From the NCBI GenBank assembly GCA_002269645.1, contig NIVC01001232.1, positions 86,238 through 150,237 of the forward strand: 64,000 bases of DNA, read 5' to 3'. Position 1 is the stretch's first letter; each line of letters begins with the position of its first letter. The stretch is from Macrostomum lignano. Its lineage: Eukaryota. Position numbers and translations under genes: made by a program. The notes under the pieces were generated by a model. It saw only the letters and a program-made list of their open reading frames with translations. It was not told the DNA's origin and ran no database searches. Of the stretch, positions 23,108-33,298 are shown in pieces.

Positions 23108-24403
23108 TTAATGCGGCACCTGGCTGCGGTCCAGCGGCTCGATCGTCTCCTCGTCAACCAGTTCAACATCGGCGCCGAATTCTAACTGTCCGCCGACAGA
23201 GACGCCGATGCCGACGCCATCGTTGCTGCCCGCTTCAGCGTCGGCTTCGATTTGAAACACTTCCAGCGTCCGGTCCAGCTCCGCGAGGTTGTCCACCCGC
23301 CGCATCTGCTGCTCCTCCAACGACGGCGACGGCGCCGGGATGTACTCCACGCCCTGTCTGTCCACCGCGACGACCGGCGCCTCATCCACCGTCACCGACT
23401 GGTTCGGCAGCGTCTCCCAGCCGAAGTCGGCCTCGCCGCCGGCGTCGATGTCGATGCTGGCGTCCAACGCGGCGCCGATTCGGGACTTTATCTTCCTCTC
23501 CCGCTTTCTGTACTCGTCCTCCGGGGTGTCCTCGTAGTCGGAGAAATCGCTGTCCACAATTGTTATCTCATTGTCATCGCTCTGGTAGATGCTGGAGCCG
23601 TGCCGATGCTCGTGCGACGGACGGTCGTCGTGGATACGCCGCTGCGGTTCAGTCTTGGGCGGAACGATGACAACAGACGGCGCCGGGGCGGCGGCCTTCT
23701 TTGGCGAGGAGCGCAGCGGCTGCTGGCGCTGCGGCTCGATCTCGGACTGCATCACAACCTCGGTGCGTGGCAGTCGCAGCGTGTCGTCCAGCTTCGCGGG
23801 TTCGACGTCGGCAGAGACTCCAATCGAGCCGGAAGCGGAGGCGGCAGCCGAGGCGTACGCGGCGGCCGTCAAATTGGCCTGCACTTCCTGCAGCGGCTTG
23901 TCGTGCAGACGTAGCTCCGCTTCTTTGGTCACCTCGACGCCCTTCGGCAGATGCGGCAGGTTAGGAAACTCGGCGCGCAGCTCCGCTTGCGACGACTGCT
24001 GGAGCCTGACATCCTCTACGCTGGCCGACTCCTTTTGGCTAAGCTCAATTCCTGGCGACCCAATTGTTGCTTGATAGTCGAGCCCCTGCTGCTGCTGGTT
24101 GTGGTATTCATTCTCAACTTTAATTTCCACTACGTTTGGCCCGCGAGCCGTGGCTGTTACGGCTGAGGATGCGTCCACGCTGTCCCCCTGGGCGTAGCTG
24201 CTGTCGCCGCCGCTGCTCTTGACGCCGCCGCCGCCGCCGCTCCAACTTCCTCGACGCTTCTTTCGACAGCAGCAGCAGTACGCTAGCACTGCAATGATTG
24301 TGACCACTAGCAGCACTGCGGAGACCACTATGACCACGAACAGGGCTATGTGAGTCTCGACCCACTGCCGGGCCAAGGTGGCCGTGTCCGCGTCCGATGA
24401 CAT
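23108..24403 (-). CDS. 431 aa single-pass membrane protein: short N-terminus, TM helix, CCCC-RKKRR, long acidic low-complexity cytoplasmic tail
   Basis: Long GC-rich intronless ORF; hydrophobic IALFVVIVVSAVLLVVTIIAVLAY followed by a Cys cluster and basic stop-transfer residues. Confidence 0.85.
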   Translation of the reverse strand: MSSDADTATLARQWVETHIALFVVIVVSAVLLVVTIIAVLAYCCCCRKKRRGSWSGGGGGVKSSGGDSSYAQGDSVDASSAVTATARGPNVVEIKVENEYHNQQQQGLDYQATIGSPGIELSQKESASVEDVRLQQSSQAELRAEFPNLPHLPKGVEVTKEAELRLHDKPLQEVQANLTAAAYASAAASASGSIGVSADVEPAKLDDTLRLPRTEVVMQSEIEPQRQQPLRSSPKKAAAPAPSVVIVPPKTEPQRRIHDDRPSHEHRHGSSIYQSDDNEITIVDSDFSDYEDTPEDEYRKRERKIKSRIGAALDASIDIDAGGEADFGWETLPNQSVTVDEAPVVAVDRQGVEYIPAPSPSLEEQQMRRVDNLAELDRTLEVFQIEADAEAGSNDGVGIGVSVGGQLEFGADVELVDEETIEPLDRSQVPH

Positions 24404-25190
24404 ACCTGCCGATTGCTGATTGCTGCGCTTCTTGCTTCTGTGCCGCTCAGGTGCGAGTTGAAGATTATGTTGCCAAGCTCGATTTCTCTCTGTCTCGGAC
24501 TGGGCGTGTCGCGGTGCGCCCTGCGTTTTTGTTCTGCCGATTCTGTTTTGGAATGGAAGGCTTTTTGTTCTGTTGTATACTGTGGTGTGGGGGGGTGGAA
24601 AGAGATAGAAAGACAGCCGAAGTTCTTAGCGATTCATTTTTGTGACTGAAGGCAAAGCTGCGGCTCCGCTCTAACCTCGGAAATTATAAAAATTGTCCTC
24701 TGCATTCCACGGTGCGGGGTGGAGGCTGCAGCGAATGGCAGACACAGAGAGATTGACCTGAGCATGCAGTGTGTTTTCTCAATAACTACTCAAAGACTCG
24801 CCCTACACTCCATCGGGCTGTTTAGTTCTCCCGCCCTGCCCAAATTCGCGTCACATTCTGTCTTCTCGGTAGAGTTTGTTGTCTGTGAACTGGGGTCAGG
24901 CTCGTTCGGCAGTGTTGAGCAGTGAATGCGGGAGAGAGCTCATTCTGAGCACAGCGCAGAGATAATAATTGGCAGCATAACTAGACATTCTCAGCTGCAC
25001 ATCATTGCTTTGTGCTGCGATTTTGCAGTGAAAAATTTCGTTACATTTTCTATTTTTTACAATGATACAATGATTTACAATGATCTGTTGATTGCTAAAT
25101 ACTTGCAAAGTAAATTGTGTGTGAGTATAGTTTGTAACCGTCATCGTCTCTTAAGAATGACGACCCGAATCCTAATCTATGTTGTCACCG

Positions 25191-25298
25191 TGTCAAATTG
25201 TGGCAGTCAAAAGTCAGACAATCAAATTGTGGCAGTCAAAAGTCAGACAATCAAATTGTGGCAGTCAAAACTCAGACAATCAAATTGTGGCAGTCAAA
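25191..25298. repeat. 29 bp tandem repeat (TCAAATTGTGGCAGTCAAAAGTCAGACAA), ~3.7 units
   Basis: Visible direct repeats. Confidence 0.85.
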
Positions 25299-25591
25299 AA
25301 CCAAGAACTCGTAGAGTTTTCGTTATTAAGTCGCAGAAATAAATTGCAGATAGGCGACTAATTATTGAGGTCTTGATTAATTGACAAGCCAAATGACGTA
25401 GCCAAAGACCTTGCCTCACTTTGGCACCTTTTGTCGGCATCAATTATAAATCCATTAGCAATTTATCACTGCACTTTATTGTTTCTTATAATCCGATGAT
25501 AAATATTTATCCGCATTCTCACATCTATGCATGCACAATATCAAAAGTAATAGATTATTTAGATGATTAACGCGAAATAAATTTTCGGCAC

Positions 25592-26031
25592 AGGTACTAA
25601 AATAACTACATGGGCCACTCAGGCATATACTTAGTAAAACAGCTTTCTACTTTCAGTTCAGTAGCAAAGAAGAATACATAAGCTATTTCATAAAAAATAA
25701 AGCCAGCTGAAACGAATTTGATAAGTTTAGAAGCCCAAGCTTGCAGGCGTAAACAGCTTGCTAATTGGTTCAGCAATAATGTACATTAGCCAGTCCACTG
25801 AAATGTACATGGCAGCTTTAGACTGGAGTTCGAGGAAGGCATTAAAAATTGGGGTGGGGCGGGGGGTAGTGTGAAAAGGCGCGGTTGGAGGGTTTAAGCT
25901 GGGGGTAAGAGCCAATAAGTGAGCCTTTGCTTTAAAAATACATTAAAATGCTTCAGTTTAACTTGCTACTGAACTGAAAGTAGCTTGCACGCAAATGTGC
26001 TGAGTGGCCCATCCAGTTTATTCTAGTATCT
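25592..26031 (+). mobile_element. ~430 bp MITE family, copy 3
   Basis: Near-identical to copy 2, with clear TIRs. Confidence 0.88.
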
Positions 26032-26086
26032 GTGATTTTTGCTAACCCACAAGCGGGATAATTTAAAAAATTGCAAATTGTGATCC

Positions 26087-29000
26087 TCAATTGTGTCGAC
26101 CAGGTTGCAGTCCGCGCACGCTGAGCAGCCCCTGCTGACCGCGGCCAGCTCCAGCCAACTGCTTGTTGAGTTGCTCTCCGCGACTGTCTGTCGCCGATTC
26201 CCCACCTCGAGGTGACAGCTGTCGTGTCATCATCAGCAGACTGTAGAAAATCTCCACAGCTGACAGGCGGTCCAGCTGAGCAGCCTGCGGCTGGCGTCTT
26301 CGGCGCCAGTCTGTGATAGCCTGCTCAACCTGCTCCCTGCTGGGGAACTGGTCGCACACGTTGAATACCTTGATGAGGGTGGCAGCGTCGGTAACTGCCG
26401 GTCTGCATGGGGTCGGCCCAGCTGAGACAGCCGTGTCGAAAGCTAGCTCGATGCCTGTAGTGGAAACAGGAATTATTAGACTGAACTCCGAACTCCAATA
26501 TAAATTATGTTGAAGAAAAATGAAGAAAAAAAGAAAAACGACTACTTTAGCTGTAGCTGTGACTGTAGAGATGACATTGTCTGTAGCTGTGACTGTAGAG
26601 ACGACATTGTCTGTAGCTGTGACTGTAGAGACGACATTGTTTGTAGCTGTGACTGTAGAGACGACATTGTCTGTAGCTGTGACTGTAGAGACATTTTCTT
26701 TAGCGAATAGTGATTGGCTTGGATAAATTGTGACTTGATTAAGAAAAATAAATGTGTTGTTTTTTCCAAAACTTTTGTTGTATGGATTTTATTTTTATTA
26801 ACCAAACCCTATTTCGTCTACTTATTTCAGTAGAAATTAAGAAAAATAGTAGGTGTTTTAGCGTGTTCGATAAAAAATTATTGCGCCAGCTGTGTCAATA
26901 TATTTAAAGCGGTTTCTAACCGTCAATAATGGTGGGTAGGCATTGTCAAGCGGCTACTTCGCAAACTCTGACTCAAATTGGATTACCGATTGGATCCGCG
27001 AGACCCAGGCGTCTAGTTGGTCTGACTTGCTTGGCAGTTCAACTGGATCGTCTGCGCTCTCTCTCCGAAACTTGCTGCTGACGCTATCCTACCTTTTTAC
27101 TCGTAGCTATGGCCATTTCTTAAGTCTTCCTTTATATGCACTATATTAAGCGTACGCTCGTACTTAACATGTCGCGATGCCTTCCTATATTCCTGGCAAA
27201 ACATCTAGTACCTTCAAACAAACTAATAATCGATTTTAATACTTGTAAACACGAAATACAACTCTGCCGATATGTATCGAAAAATACATTATCAAGCTAG
27301 ATATAACATAGAAAATTGTCCTCTTTTTATTGTAGTTACTTACGCCGCTTAGTCTCGAGAAAATTTAGCAGCTCCTGTGCGTCTGGACGATGCCGAGCAG
27401 CGCTGCCGATCAGCTCGCAGTAGTAGCGGCGCAACCACTTCACCGATTCGAAACCCTGCGCTCGAGCCAGTTGCTCCACTCGCGATAGGCGACGTCTGGT
27501 GTTGTAGCCGCGGTAGCCACTTTGGATCACCAGGGCGGCTCGCTCGGCTCCCGACGGATAGCTGTACATTCTGGGCAAATCGTAGATAGGAGTTATTCCA
27601 GTTGACTTGAGCTGGGCTGCGTGCATGTTCCGAGAGGGGTTGGGAATCCGTTGTCTAGACTCTTGGGTAGGGAGTGAGCTGGCTGCGTTTTCCGAGGGGG
27701 GTTTGGAATCCGTTGTCTAGACTCTAGGGTAGGGAGTGAGCTGGCTGCGTTTTCCGATGGGGGTTTGGAATCCGTTGTCTAGACTCTTGGGTAGGGAGTG
27801 AGCTGGCTGCGTTTTCCAAGGGGGGTTTGGAATCCGTTGTCTAGACTCTTGGGTAGGGAGTGAGCTGGCTGCGTTTTCCAAGGGGGGGTTGGGAATCTGT
27901 TGTCTAGGGTTAGGGAGTGAGGTGGCTGCGTGTTCCGAGGGGGTTGGGAATCTGTTGTCTAGGGTAGGGAGTGAGGTGGCTGCGTGTACAGGAGTGAAGA
28001 ATCCGTTGACTAGGGAGTGAGGTGGCTGTGTGTACAGGGGGTGAGGAATCTGTTGGCTAGGGAGTGACGTGGCTGTTTGTACAGGGGTTAGGACCGACCG
28101 AATCAATAAGGGTATAGTTACATTCGGAATCGTGAGCTCACCGCCTGTCAAAAGTTGACTCCCGATCCTCTGTTGCATTTGATCCATATTCGGCTTCCGT
28201 TTCAGCACGGACTTCTGCAGCAGCAGTAGCGGGTGCTTCGCCACCAGTAATTTCTCTGCATTTTTTGGCGTTTCAGATCATCTTGTTATTGGTTTGTAAT
28301 TCTTAATCTTACCCGTGCCTGATTATTATTCTTAGCTTCAAAAGAAAAAACAACAATGCAGCTGCTCACCCGGCCGCATCAGAGCTGATGAAGGGCGCTA
28401 GTCGAGTTTGAGAAGCGCTGCTGACAAGCCTCTCGAGTTCGGCCACAATCGGATCCCCTGCTGGCGCGGTCAGGTGCTCATTTCCGCCTGTCTCAATTGC
28501 CGGCGTTTCTTTTAAAAAGAAGCAAAAATACTCGGAATTAAAAATATCTGGCTTTGATATATCGATGGCATTCAAGTCTGAGTCTTTGACAGTCAAAAGC
28601 CTACCTATCAGTACTCGTAATTAAGCATGTAAAAGTGAACTATATGTACAGAAAAATAGTTAAATAGTTTCTCAAACTTCTCAAAGGGAGAAATTCCATT
28701 GTACAGTGTGACATTTGTGCAGTTTAAGATAATCTTTAAAAACTGTGATCAGAAAATCAAAGCTTTTTGAGTTTAAATATGACAGTTTAGTGCAATTTTT
28801 TGCCAAGGCCAAAAACAGCTGTCACTAGTTTACTAACAGTAAGTAAGAGCAACTCTCTTAAGACCAAGACAAAAATAATTTGTTGAAATTCGACACTAAG
28901 ACTTTCCTTGCCGGATAATGTTTTTTACTACTGAAATGGAAATGAACGGCACTGCAGGGTTCTTAGCTTCATGAAATCACGACTTTAGAATCCTCACCTC

Positions 29001-30436
29001 TAAAACTGTTGCCATAGTAACGGAACCGGTTGCCTAGTAACTGCAGATCTACTGGCTCAGCGATGGCCTTCGCTCCTGAGGCTACCGGCGGGCGCCGTCG
29101 CAGCTGACGCCGTCGCCAGTGGTGTGATTCAGGCGCGAATTCGCGCCAGGCGCGAAAATGGCGCGAATGCGCGAATCCTGGGGGTCTGGCGCGAAATTTT
29201 GTGGAACCATGGGCGCGAAAATTGCATTCTTATTTTCTGCTTTTTACACTTACTCTCTTGTCAGACAGTATGAAATACAAGAATGTCATAGCTTAGGAGA
29301 TTAATCTAACAAACTGAGTTCAATCTCAGGCGTTAGCAGCAGAATGTGCAGAAGAAGAAACAGAAGAAGGCAGGGAAGCTAGCTGAGCTCGTCTTAAAGC
29401 GCAAGGCTGCTGAGCTGCTGTCAACGTCGTCAATCACCAGCACGAGCAGTCGTCTGTCTGCAGACATCGCCAACAAGAAGTTCAGGGGGGACACGGCTGT
29501 GACTTAAGAGACATGCTAATTGGTAGCCAGACGCATCTTCAAAAGTGTCATCAATTGACTTATTTGGCTGTCAGTAGAATATTATTGGCATGGCGCGAAA
29601 ATTTTCAGTCGGCGCGAAATTTGGCAAACTTTCCAATCACACCACTGGCCGTCGCTGCTGCTGCGGTTTCTGACTTTCTGCAGCTTGACGGTCGCCGCCG
29701 ATGGTTGCAGCAGCAGCAGCGGGAGCTGCTGGAGGTCGCGGCGATAGCGGGGAGTCGCCTAAGTCGCTGACCGAGGCGGTGGCGCCTACAGCGGCAGCGG
29801 GTGGACGCGGCCGGCCAGTCAGCGGCCGCCCTACTGTCCTCTGGGCCAGCCGGCCGCTGGCCGAGGCCGTCGCCGTGGCCGGCCGACTGGACGGCGACGC
29901 CGGGGGCGGCTCGAAAGCCGTCGCCGACGCCTCCGATAGCCTAGACGGACGCGGGTGACTGCAGTGCGGGTTCAGGCGAGAGGTTGTTTGAATTAAAATA
30001 AATACCACTATACTACTATACTACTCAATGCGAATGAGAGAATTCAGACCCTGATTTATTGTTGCTTATTGATTTTTCTCTCGTGAGTATGCTGCAGCCC
30101 TTGTCCAACCCCCAAATATTGAGCTTTGAATCTATCATTGTCAGTAAATTTTTATTTTGAAGTCTCCAACAAGAAGACGCTCACCAATTTTCCGGCTTTG
30201 GACCGCACAGGCTAACGAATTCCAGTCTGGCCAGGCGCCTAGAACTGCGGCTGGATGGCAGGTTCTGAAATTCAGTAGTGCGGTGCGAGTGCAGACACAA
30301 AGTCAGACATTACGACAGACACTAAGACAGACAGACAGACACTAAGATAGACAGACAGACAGACAGACACTAATACAGATACTAAGACAGACAGACGCTA
30401 AGACAGACAGACACTAAGACAGACAGACAGACACTG

Positions 30437-30480
<44 letters not shown>

Positions 30481-30492
30481 TGACAGACACTG

Positions 30493-30560
<68 letters not shown>

Positions 30561-30616
30561 TGACAGACACACAGACAGACAGACAGACGGACAGACAGAC
30601 AGACAGACACACAGAC

Positions 30617-30653
<37 letters not shown>

Positions 30654-30674
30654 TAGACAGACTGACAGACACTG

Positions 30675-30709
<35 letters not shown>

Positions 30710-30796
30710 TAGACAGACAGACAGACACTAAGACAGACAGACACTAAGACAGACAGACAGACAGACAGACTGACTGACTGACAGACACACAGACAC

Positions 30797-30890
<94 letters not shown>

Positions 30891-30944
30891 TGACTGACTG
30901 ACTGACAGACACACAGACACACAGACAGACAGACACACAGACAC

Positions 30945-31007
<63 letters not shown>

Positions 31008-31022
31008 GGCAGGCAGGCAGGC

Positions 31023-31099
<77 letters not shown>

Positions 31100-33298
31100 G
31101 GCAGGCAGGCAGGCAGACAAACAGACGGACATACCTTTCTGATTGGATAGGGCCGCGGTGCCATGAATGCCCAGAAGCGCCGCTCGTCAGGGCTGGAGCA
31201 GGACGATCCGCCCAGATGCCGTACTGCCACATCAGCGGCCACTTCTGACTCCGTCAGGTCGCGATACTCAGCGCCGATAGAAGCGGCTGAAGTTGGCCGA
31301 GCCGAGGATGCTCGCGGCTGCTGCGGCACAGGCGAACGCTGCAATGGTCGACGCTGAGCTGCCGCTGCGGATGTCGTGCAGCGCCTCGGCGGACTTCTCA
31401 TTGTTGCGTTTCGAGGATTATTAGGAGTTTATATAAATTATTTTCGTTAATATGTAAAATGGATGTATATACAATGCATATAATAGATATGCCTATTCTC
31501 CGGTGAGCTGTGCGCACCTTTGGCAACATTATCCCACAACCAACGCTGACGCTAGTTCTGCCCATTCCGCTGTCTTCTGAGCACCAATCCTGTATGCAGG
31601 CACGCACTAATACACCTGCTCACACAGGGTGTACAGCGGCTCTGACTTTCTAATCGTCAGGCATGTACACTCTCTGTGCCTTGGGGGCTGTCCCTCATGG
31701 CTTAATTAATCCATAATTCTGGAGCCTGCACTCACGGAAACCGCTTCTTCAGCCATTGAGCCCGCGGAGTCGGCTGGCCGCACCAGTCGACCGTCGATTC
31801 CAAAAGGTCGGTCATCATCGGCAGCGGGTTACTGAGTAGATAGGTAAGGTAGGTAGGTAGGTAGGTAGGTAGGTAGGTAGGTAGGTAGGTAGGTAGGTAG
31901 GTAGGTAGGTAGGTAGGTAGGTAGGTAGGTAGGTAGGTAGGTAGGTAGGTAGGTAGACTTCTCTCCGATAGAAGTGTACAGTCAAAAGAATCGAAAAATA
32001 TGGAGTCAAAGAAATTTGAAGACAAAATCCGGGGCTCAGGTCAAGGACCACTGTAAGTATAACAGGGCGTAAAACTCAAAGATTGTGTAATTCTGTGGAG
32101 TCCAATTTCCTAGAAAAAATACATTGCGGAGGAAAAAATCTATCTTTTCATCACATAATCAATGATATTGCGTTTGATCTTGGCAGTGAAGGTTAGACCA
32201 TTCTTTTAAGTTAAAATGCACATGTTATTATGTTATTTTTTATGCAGCCGCTAGCTGTGTAGTTAAAGTTCAATTTTCGTATTATTTTATTTTTGTCTTC
32301 GCAGGAAATTGGCCTCCAAAAAATTACATGATCTTTCAGTTTTCCGTCCTGCTATACTGCAGTGATCCTTGGCTTGGACTGGCTTACAAGTTTATCGATG
32401 AGAACTGCCTGGCAGCGGTGTGAGCTGGCAGCAGTTGCGGCTCTTCAGTCCGAGGCGAATCGACTGCGCCGTCAATTTCCTTTGGGTATTTATGAATGCA
32501 CGAGATTACTGCATTGAAATTTGATGTCAGAAATAATACCATGCAGGCACTATATTGATTCGATCCCTTCCTACCGACTGCACCGCGTCGATAGCGGAGA
32601 CAAGTCCCAATACGGAGACTCTTTCAGCTCGTGCTTGAGCGGAGCTCGGATTCGTTGCTGCACTTGGAACTGCTGCTGGCCTGCGGCGCTGAGATCCGTC
32701 TTCTTCGGGAAGAAAGTACATCTGATCCATTTGCTCACAGAAACTGGACAACTCTATCTTCGTTATTTTTTCTGAAAGTTGAAAATGATGGTTGTTTTTT
32801 ATGTTACTGCATATAAATGAGTTGGTTCATACTTGAAAATAATAGAACTTTCTTATCTTAAAAAGCATGAGTCAAAGGGGCAGTCTGGTGGTCATGGTGA
32901 TGGTACATTTTTTAGGGAAACACACGATGTTTCTAAAGGTCCGCAGTCTTGGCAGAGCTGTGTCCTGCGCACAATACATAGACACGGCTATTTTCAGCTA
33001 GCTATTCGAATAAGCCTACAAGTATTCCTGCATAGGAGCAGGGGCTATAAAATTATCAAAGAAAAAATGCCTATGGAATTTGTCCTAATAAGCATTTCAT
33101 TTCAATGTGTAATATTCAAATTATTTACTAAGCTAAGTTTTCACCCAAAATGTTTTTAGGAAGTAATAGCAGATACGGCGGTCCTAAATAAATACACATA
33201 ATAATTTAGGATTCATTTATTTTAATCAATTTGTTATCAATTGTTATGAAATTATTGTAGCTTACTTACTTACCTGGGCTCAAGTCAATCAAAGCCAT
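26087..33298 (-). CDS. Multi-exon IQ-motif protein resembling IQCM. Exons: 33298-33274, 32702-32575, 32479-32388, 31831-31736, ~31396-31135, 30264-30185, 29958-28998 (interrupted by MITE), 28508-28370, 28255-28142, 27570-27344, 26454-26087
   Basis: Chain of GT-AG exons with matching phases (1,0,2,2?,0,2,1,2,2,1). IQ motif [18 protein letters not shown]; downstream [16 protein letters not shown] and [24 protein letters not shown] resemble my recollection of the IQCM C-terminal region. The acceptor near 31396 is weak. Confidence 0.7.
26560..26695. repeat. 30 bp tandem repeat (TGTAGCTGTGACTGTAGAGACGACATTGTC), intronic
   Basis: About 4.5 visible units. Confidence 0.92.
27620..28085. repeat. ~60 bp GC-rich minisatellite (..GGAATCCGTTGTCTAGACTCTTGGGTAGGGAGTGAGCTGGCTGCGT..), intronic
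   Basis: About eight drifting units. Confidence 0.9.
29008..29041. promoter_or_regulatory. Two adjacent RFX X-box-like motifs (GTTGCCATAGTAAC; GTTGCCTAGTAAC)
   Basis: Match to the imperfect palindrome GTTNCC-N(0-3)-RGYAAC at 29008-29021 and 29029-29041. Confidence 0.55.
29117..29647. mobile_element. 531 bp hAT-type non-autonomous element inserted in a coding exon
   Basis: Perfect 13 bp TIR CAGTGGTGTGATT/AATCACACCACTG, perfect 8 bp TSD GCCGTCGC (29109-29116, 29648-29655), subterminal GGCGCGAA motifs at both ends. Confidence 0.93.
30295..31120. repeat. (CAGA)n microsatellite, intronic
   Basis: Long tetranucleotide run with variants. Confidence 0.98.
31495..31701 (-). repeat. Interspersed repeat, copy 2 (see 6494-6720)
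   Basis: Reverse-complement match to the 6.5 kb copy. Confidence 0.8.
31845..31955. repeat. (TAGG)n microsatellite
   Basis: Pure tetranucleotide run. Confidence 0.98.

Noticed and set aside
23182-24166. Several plus-strand and alternate-frame ORFs over the 431 aa gene
   Set aside because: Shadow ORFs of a GC-rich coding region
29701-29958. Plus-strand [11 protein letters not shown]..
   Set aside because: Antisense shadow of the minus-strand exon, which has phase-matched neighbours
30382-31232. Long (SVCL)n ORFs
   Set aside because: Translation of the (CAGA)n microsatellite; a strong donor at 31134 removes it
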